DNA of 61,840 bases, counting the filler, from Sphacelaria rigidula (Eukaryota): assembly GCA_964200075.2 (NCBI GenBank). It is 6 parts of 6 records of this genome, joined end to end, with 100 filler letters (N's around TTAATTAATTAA, not from the genome) between each part and the next. Parts side by side here need not be neighbours in the genome. Positions count along the whole stretch, not along the records: positions 10,326 to 20,549 come from CAXNAA020006900.1; positions 20,650 to 30,873 come from CAXNAA020006901.1; 4 more parts are not named here. One strand, written 5' to 3'. Within the stretch, counting starts at the first letter, position 1; every line of letters starts with the position of its first letter. The position numbers and the translations under genes were made by a program. Below, in pieces: positions 12,549 to 25,445 of the stretch. The notes beneath the pieces were generated by a model. It saw only the letters and a program-made list of their open reading frames with translations. It did no database searches and was not told the origin of the DNA.

Positions 12549-13745
12549 GTGACAGACACTGTATGTCTGTTGCTTGTGACAACCTTCGTTTTCTTGTCTC
12601 TTGCTGTTACAATTTATTCCAACACACACACACCTACGGTTTGTTGTGTGCCTTCGACATATTTGTTTTCTTCCTCTTTTGTCTGCACCCGATTGACAAG
12701 GTGGTCGACCCCATGCATGTGCGGAGTGCGCGGAACTACATGTCGATCGACTGTCGACAGTACCCCGCCACTCTGTTCCTTTTATTTTTGTTCACGCCGC
12801 CTTAGTCGTCAACAACGATGCTCCATTCCACTCCGAAACGTTCACTTTTCAACCGCTGCATCTTTACGTTACCGGTTTGGCGCAAACTGCGCAGGTGTAC
12901 AAGCAATGCCTGATATCAACCGCCCTTCGACTTCATCGGAGCACGATGTCACGAAGAACGGTGCGATCCCTACAGACACTGGTGAACAACCGTACAAGTC
13001 AACCCAAACCATGCGTAGTGAGACGGTTGACAACAACAAACCGGACTGTTTCGACGATGATAGCGTTTTTACAGCACGTATTTTCAGAGATGTGGCGGAA
13101 GATTTCGATGATACCACTACACACCAAGCAGCCACCCAAAACGCTGACGCTGTTCCCACTCTTCATTCTCAGATGGCATCTCTTCACGTGAGCCCTGATG
13201 CTATGAAAAACTTTCCTGGCGATAACCCCCGCACCCAAACCGGTGCTGAATCCTCTGATCGCCCCACTCTGGCTTTTGATCCGTCGCCCACATTGGAACA
13301 ATACCTGCCCACGAATGACGAAACACACGACCAGCTTCGGCAAAAGCGTCCGGCCTTCATTTCACCGCGCCATTGGTACAACTTTTCAAAGGCTGAACAA
13401 ACAGCGTGCTGGGATCAGATCCGCAGTAGCGATCTAGCACACCACATGGAACTCGAGCACAGAGAGTTGGAATTTGCCCGCCTACAGGTATCTACAATGG
13501 TCCAGGAGCCCGCTCAGGCCCCCCACAATTTAGATGTCCACCCCGAGAAGAAGCCAACGGAACAGAACGAAATAGAACGCGCGATACGCACATCCACAAA
13601 GGCTCTGGAAATTGCGGAGCAAGAGTATAAAGTGTTGACAAGAAGACACTTGGAAGCTTCGCATCATTTTGGACTATGTTGGCAAGTCTGGCAATCACAA
13701 CCGCGTTCGTACGGTCGCCTGCTCCGCCCTCAAGGCGACAACTGA
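12549..13745 (+). pseudogene. gag-like ORF of the gypsy element
   Basis: 398-aa ORF upstream of PR-RT on the same strand; assigned by position only, no diagnostic motif. Confidence 0.45.
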
Positions 13746-16494
13746 TTCACCGCCTGACCCACCTGACCTGGCACACTTTCAACCACATGCACCGGCCCAC
13801 TCACAAACCGGTAGACGTTTACACATAAGTGGACCTAGTGCTGCGGTTGAACCCCGCCAGGGCGGTTCCCACACAGCACTGATGCTCACCTCACAACTTG
13901 ACAACCTCTTGGGAACGTTCTACAAGTTGCGGAGATCCCAAATAGCATACAGTGGGGTAACCCAGGACGCGTCGCTTAGCCCAAAAGCTAAGCCCCGCCA
14001 CCTGCCGAATTATTTTTCTACTTCTGTAAGTCATTTCTCATTTAGTTGGTACAATCCCACAATTAGAAATGTACAATAACCGGTAATTCACTGCAGAAGT
14101 ACCCAACACTTTTATGTCAACAATTTTCTTTCGCTCGGCCAGGACACACACATCACACACGTGAATCAACGGCGGCCACCGCGGGTTCAACCATGTGGTG
14201 TGGGTTCCCTGGATATGCTGACACTGCCTTGAAGGGTTCCAAGACAGTCGAAGCCCGTGCACCGTTACATGGCTATCAATTGACCAATGACCAAACCCAA
14301 CGTTTAATCCTGGATTTGATCACCCAGTTTTACATTCATCAGGTACTAATCATATTCAATCGAATCCCCTCCCTTCAAAGGAGAGGAAGTCATGTAGTGC
14401 AGTTTCTTACACATCAGGAGCAGACATATCTTCTGGTACGATAGACACTGCTGCTCCGACCGTTCATCAGATAACACAAAATTCGAAGCCTCACACTCGA
14501 GCACCCCCCAACTGCTCAAGTGCCCGGCTAACCACCCTACCGAGTTCCGCAAAAACTACGGTACCCGGTTCCCTTTAATTTGATGAGCGTAATTATTCCT
14601 TGAAGGGTCGCAACCGCAAAGAACCCATGCTTTCCGTCGCTCAGCGGGTTGGAATGGAACCCCAAGTGACAGCGACTCAGGTGGTGCGCCAAGAGCGTGA
14701 CCTAGGTTCAACTGTCCAAGAACTCATTTCAATAGCTCCTGGAGCCGCCGATCCTTTCGTGCGATACACGCGTCACCAGAGACGGGCTCGTCCAGATGAT
14801 CATGTAGATAACCCTGATGTAGCAAGCGCACGTGAACTCCAAGGAGATTGCGTGTGGGCTTAGACAGATGAAAACCTTAGAGTGGAACAGGCCGGTACTC
14901 CCCAGATTTCGAACAGATCGTTACTGCTCCCTGACCACCCCGCGTGCACTACGATAGAACCCATTTCCGATGAAGCGTTGCCGTCTGTAGGGACAGAGAC
15001 TTCGCCGACTCATGGACATTCGCATCCTAGTCATGAAGGCACCTCAATCGTGTGTTCGTCACCAGGCAAAAGAAGTGTTACGCAAGACGACTCGTCTCCT
15101 AACTCGCCCACGTTGGCCCCTTTAATAGACGCCAGGTTGACCAGTACAGCTTTACCAACCCCGCATTTTGACGATTCGTCTCCGAAACCTCCCATGTTGG
15201 CCCTAACTAGTGATGGTATTGAGTTGATTGGCGTATCAAACTCAACACCGCGCCCCGATGAATCGTCCCCTGTTCCGACTAAGCTGGATAATGTAATTGA
15301 TCCCGCTTTGCACAATGACGATTTGCCCCCTCTGTTGGCCAATAAGGGTGAAAGACCACGCACAGATCAGCTGTCGGATCCAACCACGACAACTGCCCTT
15401 CCGCGGCATCGCCCCTCCGTTGCAGTATATGGGCTTCAACCCTCGACTGATGAGACAAATATTCCAGGCACAAACACTGACACCCCATGCACGCACCATC
15501 CTTCCGACCAAAAGCTTGTCGCACAGGATCATAAACGGGTGTATTTTAGCACCTTTGTTCAAGACGCGAAGCAGGATGTGTCAAATGTCATACCCGAATT
15601 CGGACCCGATCTCGTCAGTGGAATTGCAACTGTGGATGATGCTTCTTTTACGACAAAGATAGGTTTACATAGTGGAGCGCGTGCAAGCTGTCATTTGATA
15701 GCTCTTGCACTACCAGACTCCGGTTCACCTCATACGTTCATCACTGCCAGCTGCTGATAACAAATGATCAACGCGGGCGCGGCGGACAATATTGTCTGTC
15801 CACCGTGCACCCTCGTGTTTTTGGTGGGTTTGGCTCCTCCACATCTCTTACGGTCAATCAATCGGTGAGACTAAGTCTACAATTCTACCGGGATACTACT
15901 CCCACTGCTCGGTTGTCCGTATGGGCACCAATAGTGCCCGACGGTTCCATGTCTTTTGATGTTTTGTTGGGTCGAGATAGTTGGCTTCATTTTTCCACAC
16001 ATACGTATACGACGGACACACCGGTCCCGAACCGTCCAGTAACAGGCAAACTGTCTCTGGGTCACTTCGACACTGATTCGGGAGCTCATGATTATGAGGA
16101 TGATCCCACAAAACAGGTAATGCTTTCCGTCTGTACTATATTGGTGAACCGGTAATCTCGCTTTCTTGTGAACCCCAATTAATACAAGTGAACCTCGGGA
16201 GACGCAATGGATCGCCCGCCCTCACAGGACACTATTTGCTCGAGTTGCTCAAACCTGACCAAGCACAGGTTGATCCGTTTGAAAAGACCGATGTCTTTGT
16301 CCACGAAGTAGGCAGGCCATTTACCTCACGTCCTCTGCATGCTTCGATATACTCAACGGTTAGTTGTTGGGTTATGCTCAAGCGCCTCTCATACGAACCG
16401 CTCTGTCAGATGTGTGCCCCCCGGCGAACAACAACTCGCCGACCGACCCCCCGAAATCCACGGGCCCCCCTCCGCTACACATGTCTGACCCTAG

Positions 16495-18380
16495 GTGGTG
16501 ACAAATCCACCAGATGCGCCTGACCCTCAACCCCCAACTGCATTGCTGGATAGATTTTCTCCAGAACAATGCGCCAGTTTTCAAAAGTTGTGCGATGACA
16601 TTCCCCCTCACTTACGGCATATTGCTTTTGATCTATCTGGCGATGGTTGGACACCCACTCCAATCGATAGATTGAGATCCATCTTGATTAGATACTCTGA
16701 ACGGTTTTCTACTGCACCCTTGGATTTAGGTCGATGTACCACGACACCGTTTAAGGTCAAGATTCCTGATGGCACACCTCCTATCGCAATGCGTCCGTAC
16801 CGTACGAACCCCCTCTTAGCGGATAAGATCCAGGTAATTCTCGATGGTTACTTATTTGCCGGTTTGATTCGGCACTCGACGTCTCCGTGGGCCTCGCCTT
16901 TAGTAGTCGTCCGTAAGAAGAATGGCAAAATCAGACTGACGGCCAATTATCAACGATTGAACGCTGTCACCAAAATTGCCCGGTTGCCACTTCCGCGGAT
17001 TGATGAAATTATTAACTTTCTTGGCGGGGGTAAAGTATTTTCGAACTTTGACATGCAGCCCGGCTACCACCAGCTCGTGATTGATCCAAATTCCATTGAA
17101 CTGACAGCGTTTCGCCATCAGGTTTGTACGAGTGGTTGGTTACACCACGAGGTGCCGCCGGAGCTCCAGGTGCCTTTCAACGTGTAATGTTTCGTGTGAC
17201 TGATGGATTGCCCAAATGCCATATGTACCTTGACTATGCGGTGTGCCACGACTCCACACCGGCCGAACACGTCGAGCAGTTGGCATCATTCTTCAATCAG
17301 TTTGAACAACACAACTTGAAACTCGCACCCTTCAAATCCCGCATTGGCGCCACGAAGATTGAGTTCTTGGGTCATTGCATCAACCCCGAAGGTCGTAGCC
17401 CAAACCTCGACAAGGTCGCCGCACTCTCCGATATGCCTATGCCACGGGACATTTCTCAACTGCGTTCCTTGTTGGGAGGTCTAAGCTACTACAGACAATA
17501 CTTGCCAAACCTTGCCCAAACGCTAAAACCCCTCACCACCCTCCTCAAAAAAGGGGTGAAATTTATGTTCACATTGGAAATGGAAAACGCCGTCCGCCGT
17601 CTTCTTAACACCCTTTCGCGCCCGCCGATTCTCGTCTTCCTCGACTGGTCGGCCGCGGAGCAGGGTTCCCGCCCTTTCCGGCTCCACACAGATTCTTCCA
17701 GGATTGGGTTTGGCTGCACATTAGAACAGGAGCAAGTCGATGCTACTGAGTCATCCTACGATAGGGGGGGGAGGTATTTTGTTGCACGAAAAAAGAGGCT
17801 CATAACTGTGTCAGACACCCTTCCACACTTGCGTTACGCTTGTATTTGGTTCCAAACGGTGTCGGGTACTATGGATGACCGTTATTGATCCACAACGAGC
17901 TGGTTCGAGCAACCGTTGCTGCCTTCAACGACGATCTGACGCGAAATTTCGAGCAACAAATGGCCCAAAATACCTACACCCCTAAAGATAGTTACATCTA
18001 TAATTTGTCCTATTATATATATAAATCGTNNNNNNNNNNAAATGGCCCAAAATACCCCCCCCCTATCGTAGGCTGACTCTACTGTTCGTCCCATTGTCTA
18101 TCTGAGTCGCACCACTTTTCCGAATGAACAGAATTGGTCTGTCGTGGAACAAGAGGCCGGCGTAGTTGTTTGGGGCGTGCGACGTCTGCGTCAGTATTTG
18201 TATGACATCCCGTTTTTGATTTATACCGACCACAAGTCTTTGAAAAGTCTTGCCAAATTGGCGGAACACAACGCTAGGGTCCAACGCTGGTTCGAAATCC
18301 CGTCGTCTTACAACTTTCAACTGAAGTACCGCACAGGTCCCCAGAATGCAAACGCCGACTTCCTGTCACGCTTGCCCACA
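16495..18380 (+). pseudogene. Gypsy reverse transcriptase-RNase H, frameshifted and interrupted by a MITE
   Basis: ORFs 16495-17187, 17124-17888 and 18144-18611 carry consecutive RT/RH motifs. Confidence 0.92.
17748..18079. mobile_element. MITE with GAG..CTC termini and 4-bp TSD TACT (Sola-like)
   Basis: TIR GAGTCATCCTACGATAGGGGGGGG / CCCCCCCCTATCGTAGGCTGACTC; TACT at 17744-17747 and 18080-18083. Removing the element restores the RNase H frame LEQEQVDATVRPIVYLSR. Contains a 10-N gap. Confidence 0.92.
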
Positions 18381-18596
18381 CCAGTTCAACCTATCGATGA
18401 ATCCGCCATGGGACGCATCACCGATCCCACCGAAGACATTGTATATTTCATAAGCAGGAATGGACACAGAGGTCTCTACACACCACTTTCACTGAGAGAA
18501 ACGCCGGCTTTAGGCATGGGTGGGCTGACGACCACAGCCCACGCATCAGTTCTAGAAAGCTTGCAACCTCAATCGTTGTACTCAGTTTGGAATGGA

Positions 18597-18814
18597 CTAA
18601 TGCCGAGATAGCCCTCCTACACAAAGTGCACCGAAGACCGTCCGGCAAACCGGCTGCGATTGTACTGTTGGGCTCGTTTACAGCAACTTCGCCCACATGA
18701 GAGGCGTGTAGCAGTGCGAAATCAGCTATGACGCCCAAATGAGTCGCGTCGGGCAGCAAGAAACCAGCTTCAACGGCATTTATGAGTATCGTCCCCGTGC
18801 ACGTTTTTGGCCGG
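18597..18814 (-). mobile_element. ~217-bp interspersed element (copy 1), inside gypsy pol
   Basis: End-to-end inverted match to 36495-36711. Confidence 0.88.
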
Positions 18815-19653
18815 TTTTGGGGGGGGCTATCTTGGCAGCAATCAATGGACTGTCTACGAATACTTTTGGCTATGATTATTTTCGTGCAACTAGCCAGCGC
18901 ATGGTTTTCGCAGCAGGTGTAGAACCGTCCTTTGCTGACTCCGTCTTACCAGTTCAAGTTCGAGATTTGATTTCGAGTAGGACTCGTGGACAGCGGACCG
19001 CCGAAACGGCCACCAAATTAGCCGTATCCGGTCCTGACCTTCCCCCCCCTGCCCCCACCCCGGTCCCCGATAGTTTCCTTGCGCCCCCGCAGCCTCCGCG
19101 ACGCAAGGCCCCCAGGAAATCGACCCCGACCGTGCCGCCCCTGCCAACCATAGCCGAAACCACGGCTGTGCCCCCCTCCAGTGGTGATGATATTGCAAAC
19201 ACCAACACAACACCCTCCACGCTAATCGACGCAGGAGTAGACGTTAACGTTCCGCCTGAGAGTGCACCAACTGGTAGGCTCACCCTTGATTCCAAAATCA
19301 CCGCTTCGTGCCAACCCCGCCCCGAACCGACCCAACACGAAATAGACGCTTCAACAGATGGTGTATTCAAAGAACGTTTGACTCTCTTCTCCCACGCCGA
19401 TTAGGCCCGGGAACAACAGGCGGAACCTGCTTGTAAATCAGCTATTCATTATCTATCGAAAGGTTGTCCATGTCCATTCTCAGAAACTGAATTCCTTTTG
19501 CCAGTCGGGGATCTCAAAGCGCCCACACAGGATGAAGTTACTGAACTTTCAAGGAAAGGTATGCTACACACGAATGATGATGGTATGGTTCTGTTGGTCC
19601 GCTGACCCACAGCAGCCCTCCGCAGGGGGAAGCCTACAAGTCGACATGCCCGC

Positions 19654-20302
19654 TTGCTAGGTGATGAACCCGTCCGCATCTATGTCCCGATGCTACTGCG
19701 CCCATGGGTTCTACACAAAAAATGCCATTCACAGGCATCGACTCATTTAGGCGTCATTAGGACCTCCCAGATGTTGGAACGTTTTTATCGGTGGATTTGT
19801 ATGGATCAGTGTTGTCGATGGTGGGTGAGGCGTTGTCGTTTGTGTCAGGCGCGAAAAACTTCTCGTCAAACAGTTCGTTGGCCGATTGTTTCCATGGCAC
19901 TCCCAAACGGACCTGGTGAAGAAGTGTCGTGGGACTATTTTGGTCCTTTGCCCCTGACGGATAGTGGGAATAAGTGTATTTTGTTGTTTACGGATAGATA
20001 TAGTCAACATGCGGTGATGCACGCCGTCCCCCCCAGTAGTTATACCGCGGAAGGTACCGCCAACATTCTTGTCTACATGTACATCCCACTGTGAAGTGTG
20101 CCCAAACGCTTATTATCTGACAACGGCCCGCATTTTTCAGGCAAACTTTCTGCCGCCGTCAGTGACCTTTTGGGTGCCCATCGTATTTGTACTAGTTCAT
20201 ATCACCCTTCCACCAATGGTGGAACGGAACGAGTGAACTATACGATGGCGCAGGTACTTGCTGCTGTAACGAATGAGAGACATGGACTGGGATCTGCACC
20301 TT
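19654..20302 (+). pseudogene. Gypsy integrase (HHCC plus rve core), 3'-truncated
   Basis: CHSQASTHLG..CRLCQARK; DYFGPLP; SDNG; GGTERVN; breaks off after DWDLHL. Confidence 0.92.
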
Positions 20303-20549
20303 GTAGACCTAGCCACCATTGTTACCTAAGGTCAGGGACATTGTAGGAGGAGTTGCGGGTCTGATTGCCGGACTCTGTGATGGTGACCTCCATGGCGAGT
20401 AGGCTTGGTTTTGTCACTCTGGTGGAGAGAGGCTATATGGTCCTGTTCTCCTGTACTATGCTGAGGGTTAATACGTAAATAACTAAAGCCGCTGAAGTCC
20501 ATGTGCCCGTGATGGGAGGAGTCCACATGGCAATCTGAACGTTCATTAT
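20303..20549 (-). mobile_element. Probable 5' LTR end plus PBS of another LTR element, fused to the truncated integrase
   Basis: Minus strand reads ..CCTTAGGTAACA-A-TGGTGGCTAGGTCTAC, i.e. a CA end followed by a TGG-type PBS; integrase homology stops at this point. Confidence 0.5.
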
Positions 20550-20649
20550 NNNNNNNNNNNNNNNNNNNNNNNNNNNNNNNNNNNNNNNNNNNNTTAATTA
20601 ATTAANNNNNNNNNNNNNNNNNNNNNNNNNNNNNNNNNNNNNNNNNNNN
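20550..20649. other. Artificial contig-joining spacer
   Basis: Same 100-nt N/TTAATTAATTAA/N structure. Confidence 0.98.
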
Positions 20650-21447
20650 TTTGACCATTGACCACGCATCCCTTTCGAGACGGAGCACCATTTCTACTTC
20701 TGATAGAGACACCCCCAACATTCCGGCGCTCATTACGTTTCTTCCATACATTGCACAAAAAAAAATTAAATATATTATTCCCATCCTGTTCCACCGTCCT
20801 GTAACGCCATATATCTCTTAGTATAGCCATCGTTTTTCCCCTACTGTCCAATGCTTCAAACGATTTCATCCCACCTTCGTTTACGTCCCGCATTTTCCCC
20901 TCTAGCACGTCCAGTTCCTTCTGGTATAGTTCACATTCTGCCACTATATGACTTCTGCTCTCTTTTCCTTTGCTGCAGAGGCAGTTCTGTCCATCTACTT
21001 CCTCCTCCACACAACGACTGGTATATCTCCTTCTTCTTTTTGGCAGGTCTAGGTCCCCCACCCGAAATCGCAATTTCAAATTTTTTGCAGCCTCCAGTGA
21101 GCCATGCAAATATGTTTTCATCCCTATCCCCTCTCTCAACCACCCGTTTATCTCTAGGTGTTCTTCCTCGTTAACTTTGCGTCTGAGCGCTCCTTCTCTC
21201 CTTAGTTTCATCATATCTACTACTTTTGCCTACTACCACGCGTCTCCATCTATGGACAGTATTTCGTCTCGGTTTCCTCCCATCTCCTTCCATATTTTAT
21301 CGACTTCTTTATCCCACCTTATTCCAGCGTGCCCTTTCGTAATTTTCTTCCATGCAGCCCTATCAACTGTAGCTGGCAATTTTCTCTCTCTGCATATTCT
21401 TTACGCTATATTGCAATCGCAATTCCATCATGTCTCCCTTTTTTTTA
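20650..21447 (-). mobile_element. LINE ORF2 3' fragment
   Basis: KLRFRVGDLDLPKRRRRY..CLCSKGKESRSHIVAECELY (C-terminal CCHC-like region of LINE ORF2); same family as 58025-58515 and 24468-24529. Confidence 0.85.
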
Positions 21448-23464
21448 AGTAAAAACATTCCCAACTAAGGGGGGGAGGCAGGGGCAATTGCAGTACTCTT
21501 CGAACATATGCAGGGATATTGAAGACCACTGCTGCTTTTGCGGGGCATGCGCATATTGTTTGCGGGGGATGCCTTGAAAAAAAGTAATGGGTAAGCGGAC
21601 GAATAGAACGGTATGCCAAAGGGGTTTCGTGTGCACACAGTCGTTCCCTAAGAGGCAGCGGAACGACAGATTCCTCAGTAGATCCACGCTTTGTTCAGGC
21701 CCAGTGTTCAAGCTATCCCGTGCAGCAACGGCTACTGAGGCCTACACACCTCCTGCGCGTGCTGTCTTCCAGGGAATATTGGGCCCAACAGAAGACTGTA
21801 ACCGGCCAACAAGCGGGACCTAGATGTGCACCGCGACCCAGGGTCGCTCTCGTGATACCAGGAAAAATTCGCCGACAGTCTTGCGGGCCAAGTGCTCTCT
21901 GTCCTACTGACTGTGTTGTAACGTTATGTTTTGGGTATCACTGGGGCGCAAAAACTGTTCATTTCCAGGTTCAGCAAGGATTGAAAACTAAGCTCAACTG
22001 CATACTCTACTTTTTCCCATATAGCTGATGGGAGTTTTGAAAGCTGCACAAGCCTCCGCCGCAGGATTCAGTCCGGCATGTACACCGTTGAGATGTTCGC
22101 TGGACTTGATATGATAGGGTGAATACCGGTAAGTGAAGCTGGCGGTGGCGAGAGGCTTCCTTGCTCATGACGTGCGGCCAAGACGTGATCTCTCGATTGA
22201 TGAATAAAACAGTTGACACACGCACACACACATGTGGTCGGACTCGGCACGTGAAAATAAATGTAATTCCTTTTGCAGGGTGAAACTCGCCAGATTAGAA
22301 CCGTGATGGTAAAGCTCAATTGACGGCACAAACCCAGCTGCCGTGGGGTAACTCGTAGCGGTCAGGGTGGAGAGGGGAGAGGGCACCGAGCTCGGCGGTG
22401 GTTTTGACTGTACGACCCTACTGTACTTACTGTCTGTACTGACCTTGTCATAATACACCACAGGCCGAGGTGGAAATTTCGCCGCGACACCGACACAATC
22501 GAAACCCGAGCACATGAGAAACTAGGAGCGCTTGCAACGATGAACTTGCGACGTCGGGACCACGCCGGTGAGCTCGTGGGGTGCAGAGTCGAGGGAGGAG
22601 CACAGAGCTCGGTGCTGGCTCATCTAATGCTGTGCTGCTGCACTGTACACTATGGCTATGGTATGGCGCGGTGTGAGGTGGCAATCTCTATTTCCTTCAC
22701 GTACCCTGCGAAGAAGCTGTTGGCAGGGTATACTGTGTACAATCAACTCTCGACTTTGGCGATTGAATCATTCACTCGAAATCCCGAAATGAACGTAGGT
22801 CTTACTTTCCTTGGGATAAGTAGATATTGTGCCATAACTCAACCTTCAGACCTAGCCTTAGCCAGTTTTGAGTCTCATAGGGTTTGAATCCATACGATGG
22901 ACCTCAAACCTTTACCGTTTCGGCAGACATTGAGGCAATTTCGAGGTGTTGTACCTGTAGCATATTTTACTCCACTCCGACTTGACCGCACGTCGACGGT
23001 CTATCGCACCGACTATGCGGCTGCAACGCCAACTCCGAACACGAAATAAATTATACCCCACCCCGAGGCTTTACCAGACAAGGTCATCGAAGTGATGAGG
23101 AACGACTCGTGTCCGAACAGCATTGGAGATAGACAAGTCTGACACGGTCTAGGGGGCGCGACTAGTCGACACTGGGCTATGCATCGTAACTGCCGTGCTC
23201 CGTCTGCTGCTTGCAGTCAGATTCGAGCCCTCATCTCCATGTTTTGCGCATGCTCCAACGACATCGATGCCCAGATATGGTACACTAAAAACCACATGTC
23301 ACAGCCACTCTGCACAGCTACCACGCCCCCGGCCCGACGCAATGCGTTGCCCTCTGCTTTTAGGCGACCGACCTGAACACTCAGGCGAAGTACGCATTCC
23401 ATCGTGTCGGTAAATGAACGAGCTTGGGCAAAAAAACGAGTTCTGACAGGAAGGACTGCTTGTG

Positions 23465-23636
23465 TGTGATGCAGCATGCACAGGCGTCAACGCAGCATGA
23501 ACTCGTTTCGCAGTGTACCATCCAGAGCTTTCCCTCTCTGTTTTATAAACACACTTTTCAACTCCTCCGTACTTTAGTTGGGGATGAGGAACATCGCGGT
23601 TGCCAAGGGTGGACGCCACATTTAATCCCCCATTTT
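23465..23636 (-). mobile_element. Possible PPT plus short 3' LTR
   Basis: Minus strand AAAATGGGGGA..TGTGGCG...GCATCACA (TG..CA, ~156 bp); no partner LTR in the window. Confidence 0.35.
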
Positions 23637-24467
23637 GTCCAGGCAAACTGCAGCACGCGGCGAGTGTAATCGATCGTGAGAAGGATCGCGAACCATTCCG
23701 AACGTCCAACAGGAATGACTCTGAGTCGTGGGGATCGTGGTAGTTTTTCGAATGAAGTCGTTGGAGTCGACTCCTAGCGTTCATCATTTTCCGAGTTTGG
23801 TGACATTACTCGTGACTCGAGTTCTAGCAATCTGCTACGGGTCATCAATATAAACCTGCGACTAGGATTTATCTTTTGTCTTCTCGTCGCTATTTTCGGT
23901 AGGAGCTGGGCCGGCCATCAGTGATTTTCAAACGAAGAGTGGAGATGCGTTTGGCAATCGAAGAGTTAGGTGCTGAAATTTTGACACAACATTTTCATCG
24001 TCAATTCGCTCATACTTTCGAGTGGTGCAGAAGAAGAAAAAAAACGAGAAGTTAGAGCGAGTTGAAGTTTCAGCAAAAAAAGGGAAAATGCTATAACTTC
24101 CTAAAACAAATGTTGAAAACGATGACAACGCTCGGGCAAATACGGGCACTCGCGTCAACCACATCCTTGTGAATTTTCAACCGAAAATACGTTAAATTGG
24201 GCTTCGCGTGGCACTTTTTGTGTCGGCCAGGTGGTCAAACTGATACAACAGCTTCAAATGACACAGATAACGAGTTCAAATCCCGACACGACAAAAAAGT
24301 TTTCGTGTACACACTAATCGTGCATACTCTCTCGTACCTATGGGTTGCAAAGGGTCTCGATGTTTTGGTGATGGTCTTGCCTCGGGGGGGGGGGGGGGGC
24401 CGGCTCATTTTTTGTTTGCCTTTGGTTTTTGGCCTGTGCGCCAGCTTCTCTCCTTTTTNNNNNNNNN

Positions 24468-24529
24468 TGGGGGGGGGGGTGGTGGGCGTACTCATTTGTT
24501 GCTTGCCTTAGTCGTTTGACCGTTGACCA
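24468..24529 (-). mobile_element. Extreme 3' tip of the same LINE family (5'-truncated)
   Basis: GGG..TACTC..GTTGCTTGCCTTAGTCG.TTGACC.TTGACCA matches 58025-58071. Confidence 0.75.
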
Positions 24530-25311
24530 AGTTCTCTCCCATTATGGAGCTCATGACGAGCTTGATTTCATCTTGCGGCACGATCAGTGTGCTCTTGCCT
24601 GGGCATGTCAGGTGTGCGTGTGCCTATGCGGCGCAACGGTCTATCGTAATTCCACCGCATTTTGTAAAATGAAACGTCTCCAGACACGCTATCGTACAAA
24701 GAATTGGGACGCACTCGGTACTCAATGCAGTACAATAATGTCATCGCCAAAAGTGCACCAATCGAGCAGCGGCGGTGCCTTATGCTACCAGGTTAGCCTG
24801 CAGTTCACAGCAATATGTTCAGGTCGTGCTAATTTGGGAAACTTGTGAGAGTTGTGGTGACGACAGAGAATGCTGGGTTTACTGCCGGCCCAGCTTGTAC
24901 TGTATCCAAATGTTTTCGCTCAGTTCTGTTCTGCGATCTCGATCCATGAGAAAACAAGTTCCATCCGTGTGAAAACGTTCTCCCGTCTGTTTGGAAGCAT
25001 TGTTATTTAATTATTATCTATTACTCGACGTGCTGCTGTTTTTTGCACCTAGTCTGATTGTCTCACTTGTTCGTGTTTTTCAATGTCGCCCTTCCCTCCT
25101 AACACCTACCAACCACGCAATGATATTTTCCCATACATTCGCAAACATTATCCACTTTGGAGTGGGGGGGGGGGTAGCAGCGATCGATCACCGGCCGCCT
25201 TTCTTCGAAAAGTGACTCTAGAAAAGTGATGATGATTTTCGATAAGAACCGCGCTCCATCCCCAGAACACCTCCCGTCAAAGTTGGGGAAAGTTCTTCTC
25301 CCTGTGAACTC

Positions 25312-25445
25312 CCACAGTTCCTGCCAATATGTCGGCACGTTGTTGTGATGGGGAAAATGTTCGACGTATGTTTACACAAAGTTTCCACAATTCCTGCCAA
25401 TACTTCGGCATGTTGTTGCGATGGGGGAAAATCTCCACGTATGTT
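25312..25445 (+). repeat. Diverged tandem duplication, ~73-bp unit
   Basis: CCACA.TTCCTGCCAATA..TCGGCA.GTTGTTG.GATGGGG..AAAAT..ACGTATGTT occurs twice. Confidence 0.8.

Larger units (their letters stand above)
12549..20302 (+). mobile_element. Decayed Ty3/gypsy LTR retrotransposon internal region (gag-like, PR, RT, RNase H, integrase)
   Basis: Domain order PR-RT-RH-INT. Motifs: ALPDSGSPHTFI and DVLLGRD (PR); STSPWASPLVVVRKKNGKIRL..YQRLN and FQRVM..MYLDY (RT); LHTDSS, YTDHKSL and NANADFLSR (RH); H..STHLG..CRLCQ, WDYFGPLP, SDNGPHF and YHPSTNGGTERVN (INT). Many stops and frameshifts. The 5' boundary is approximate and no LTR was identified. Confidence 0.93.
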
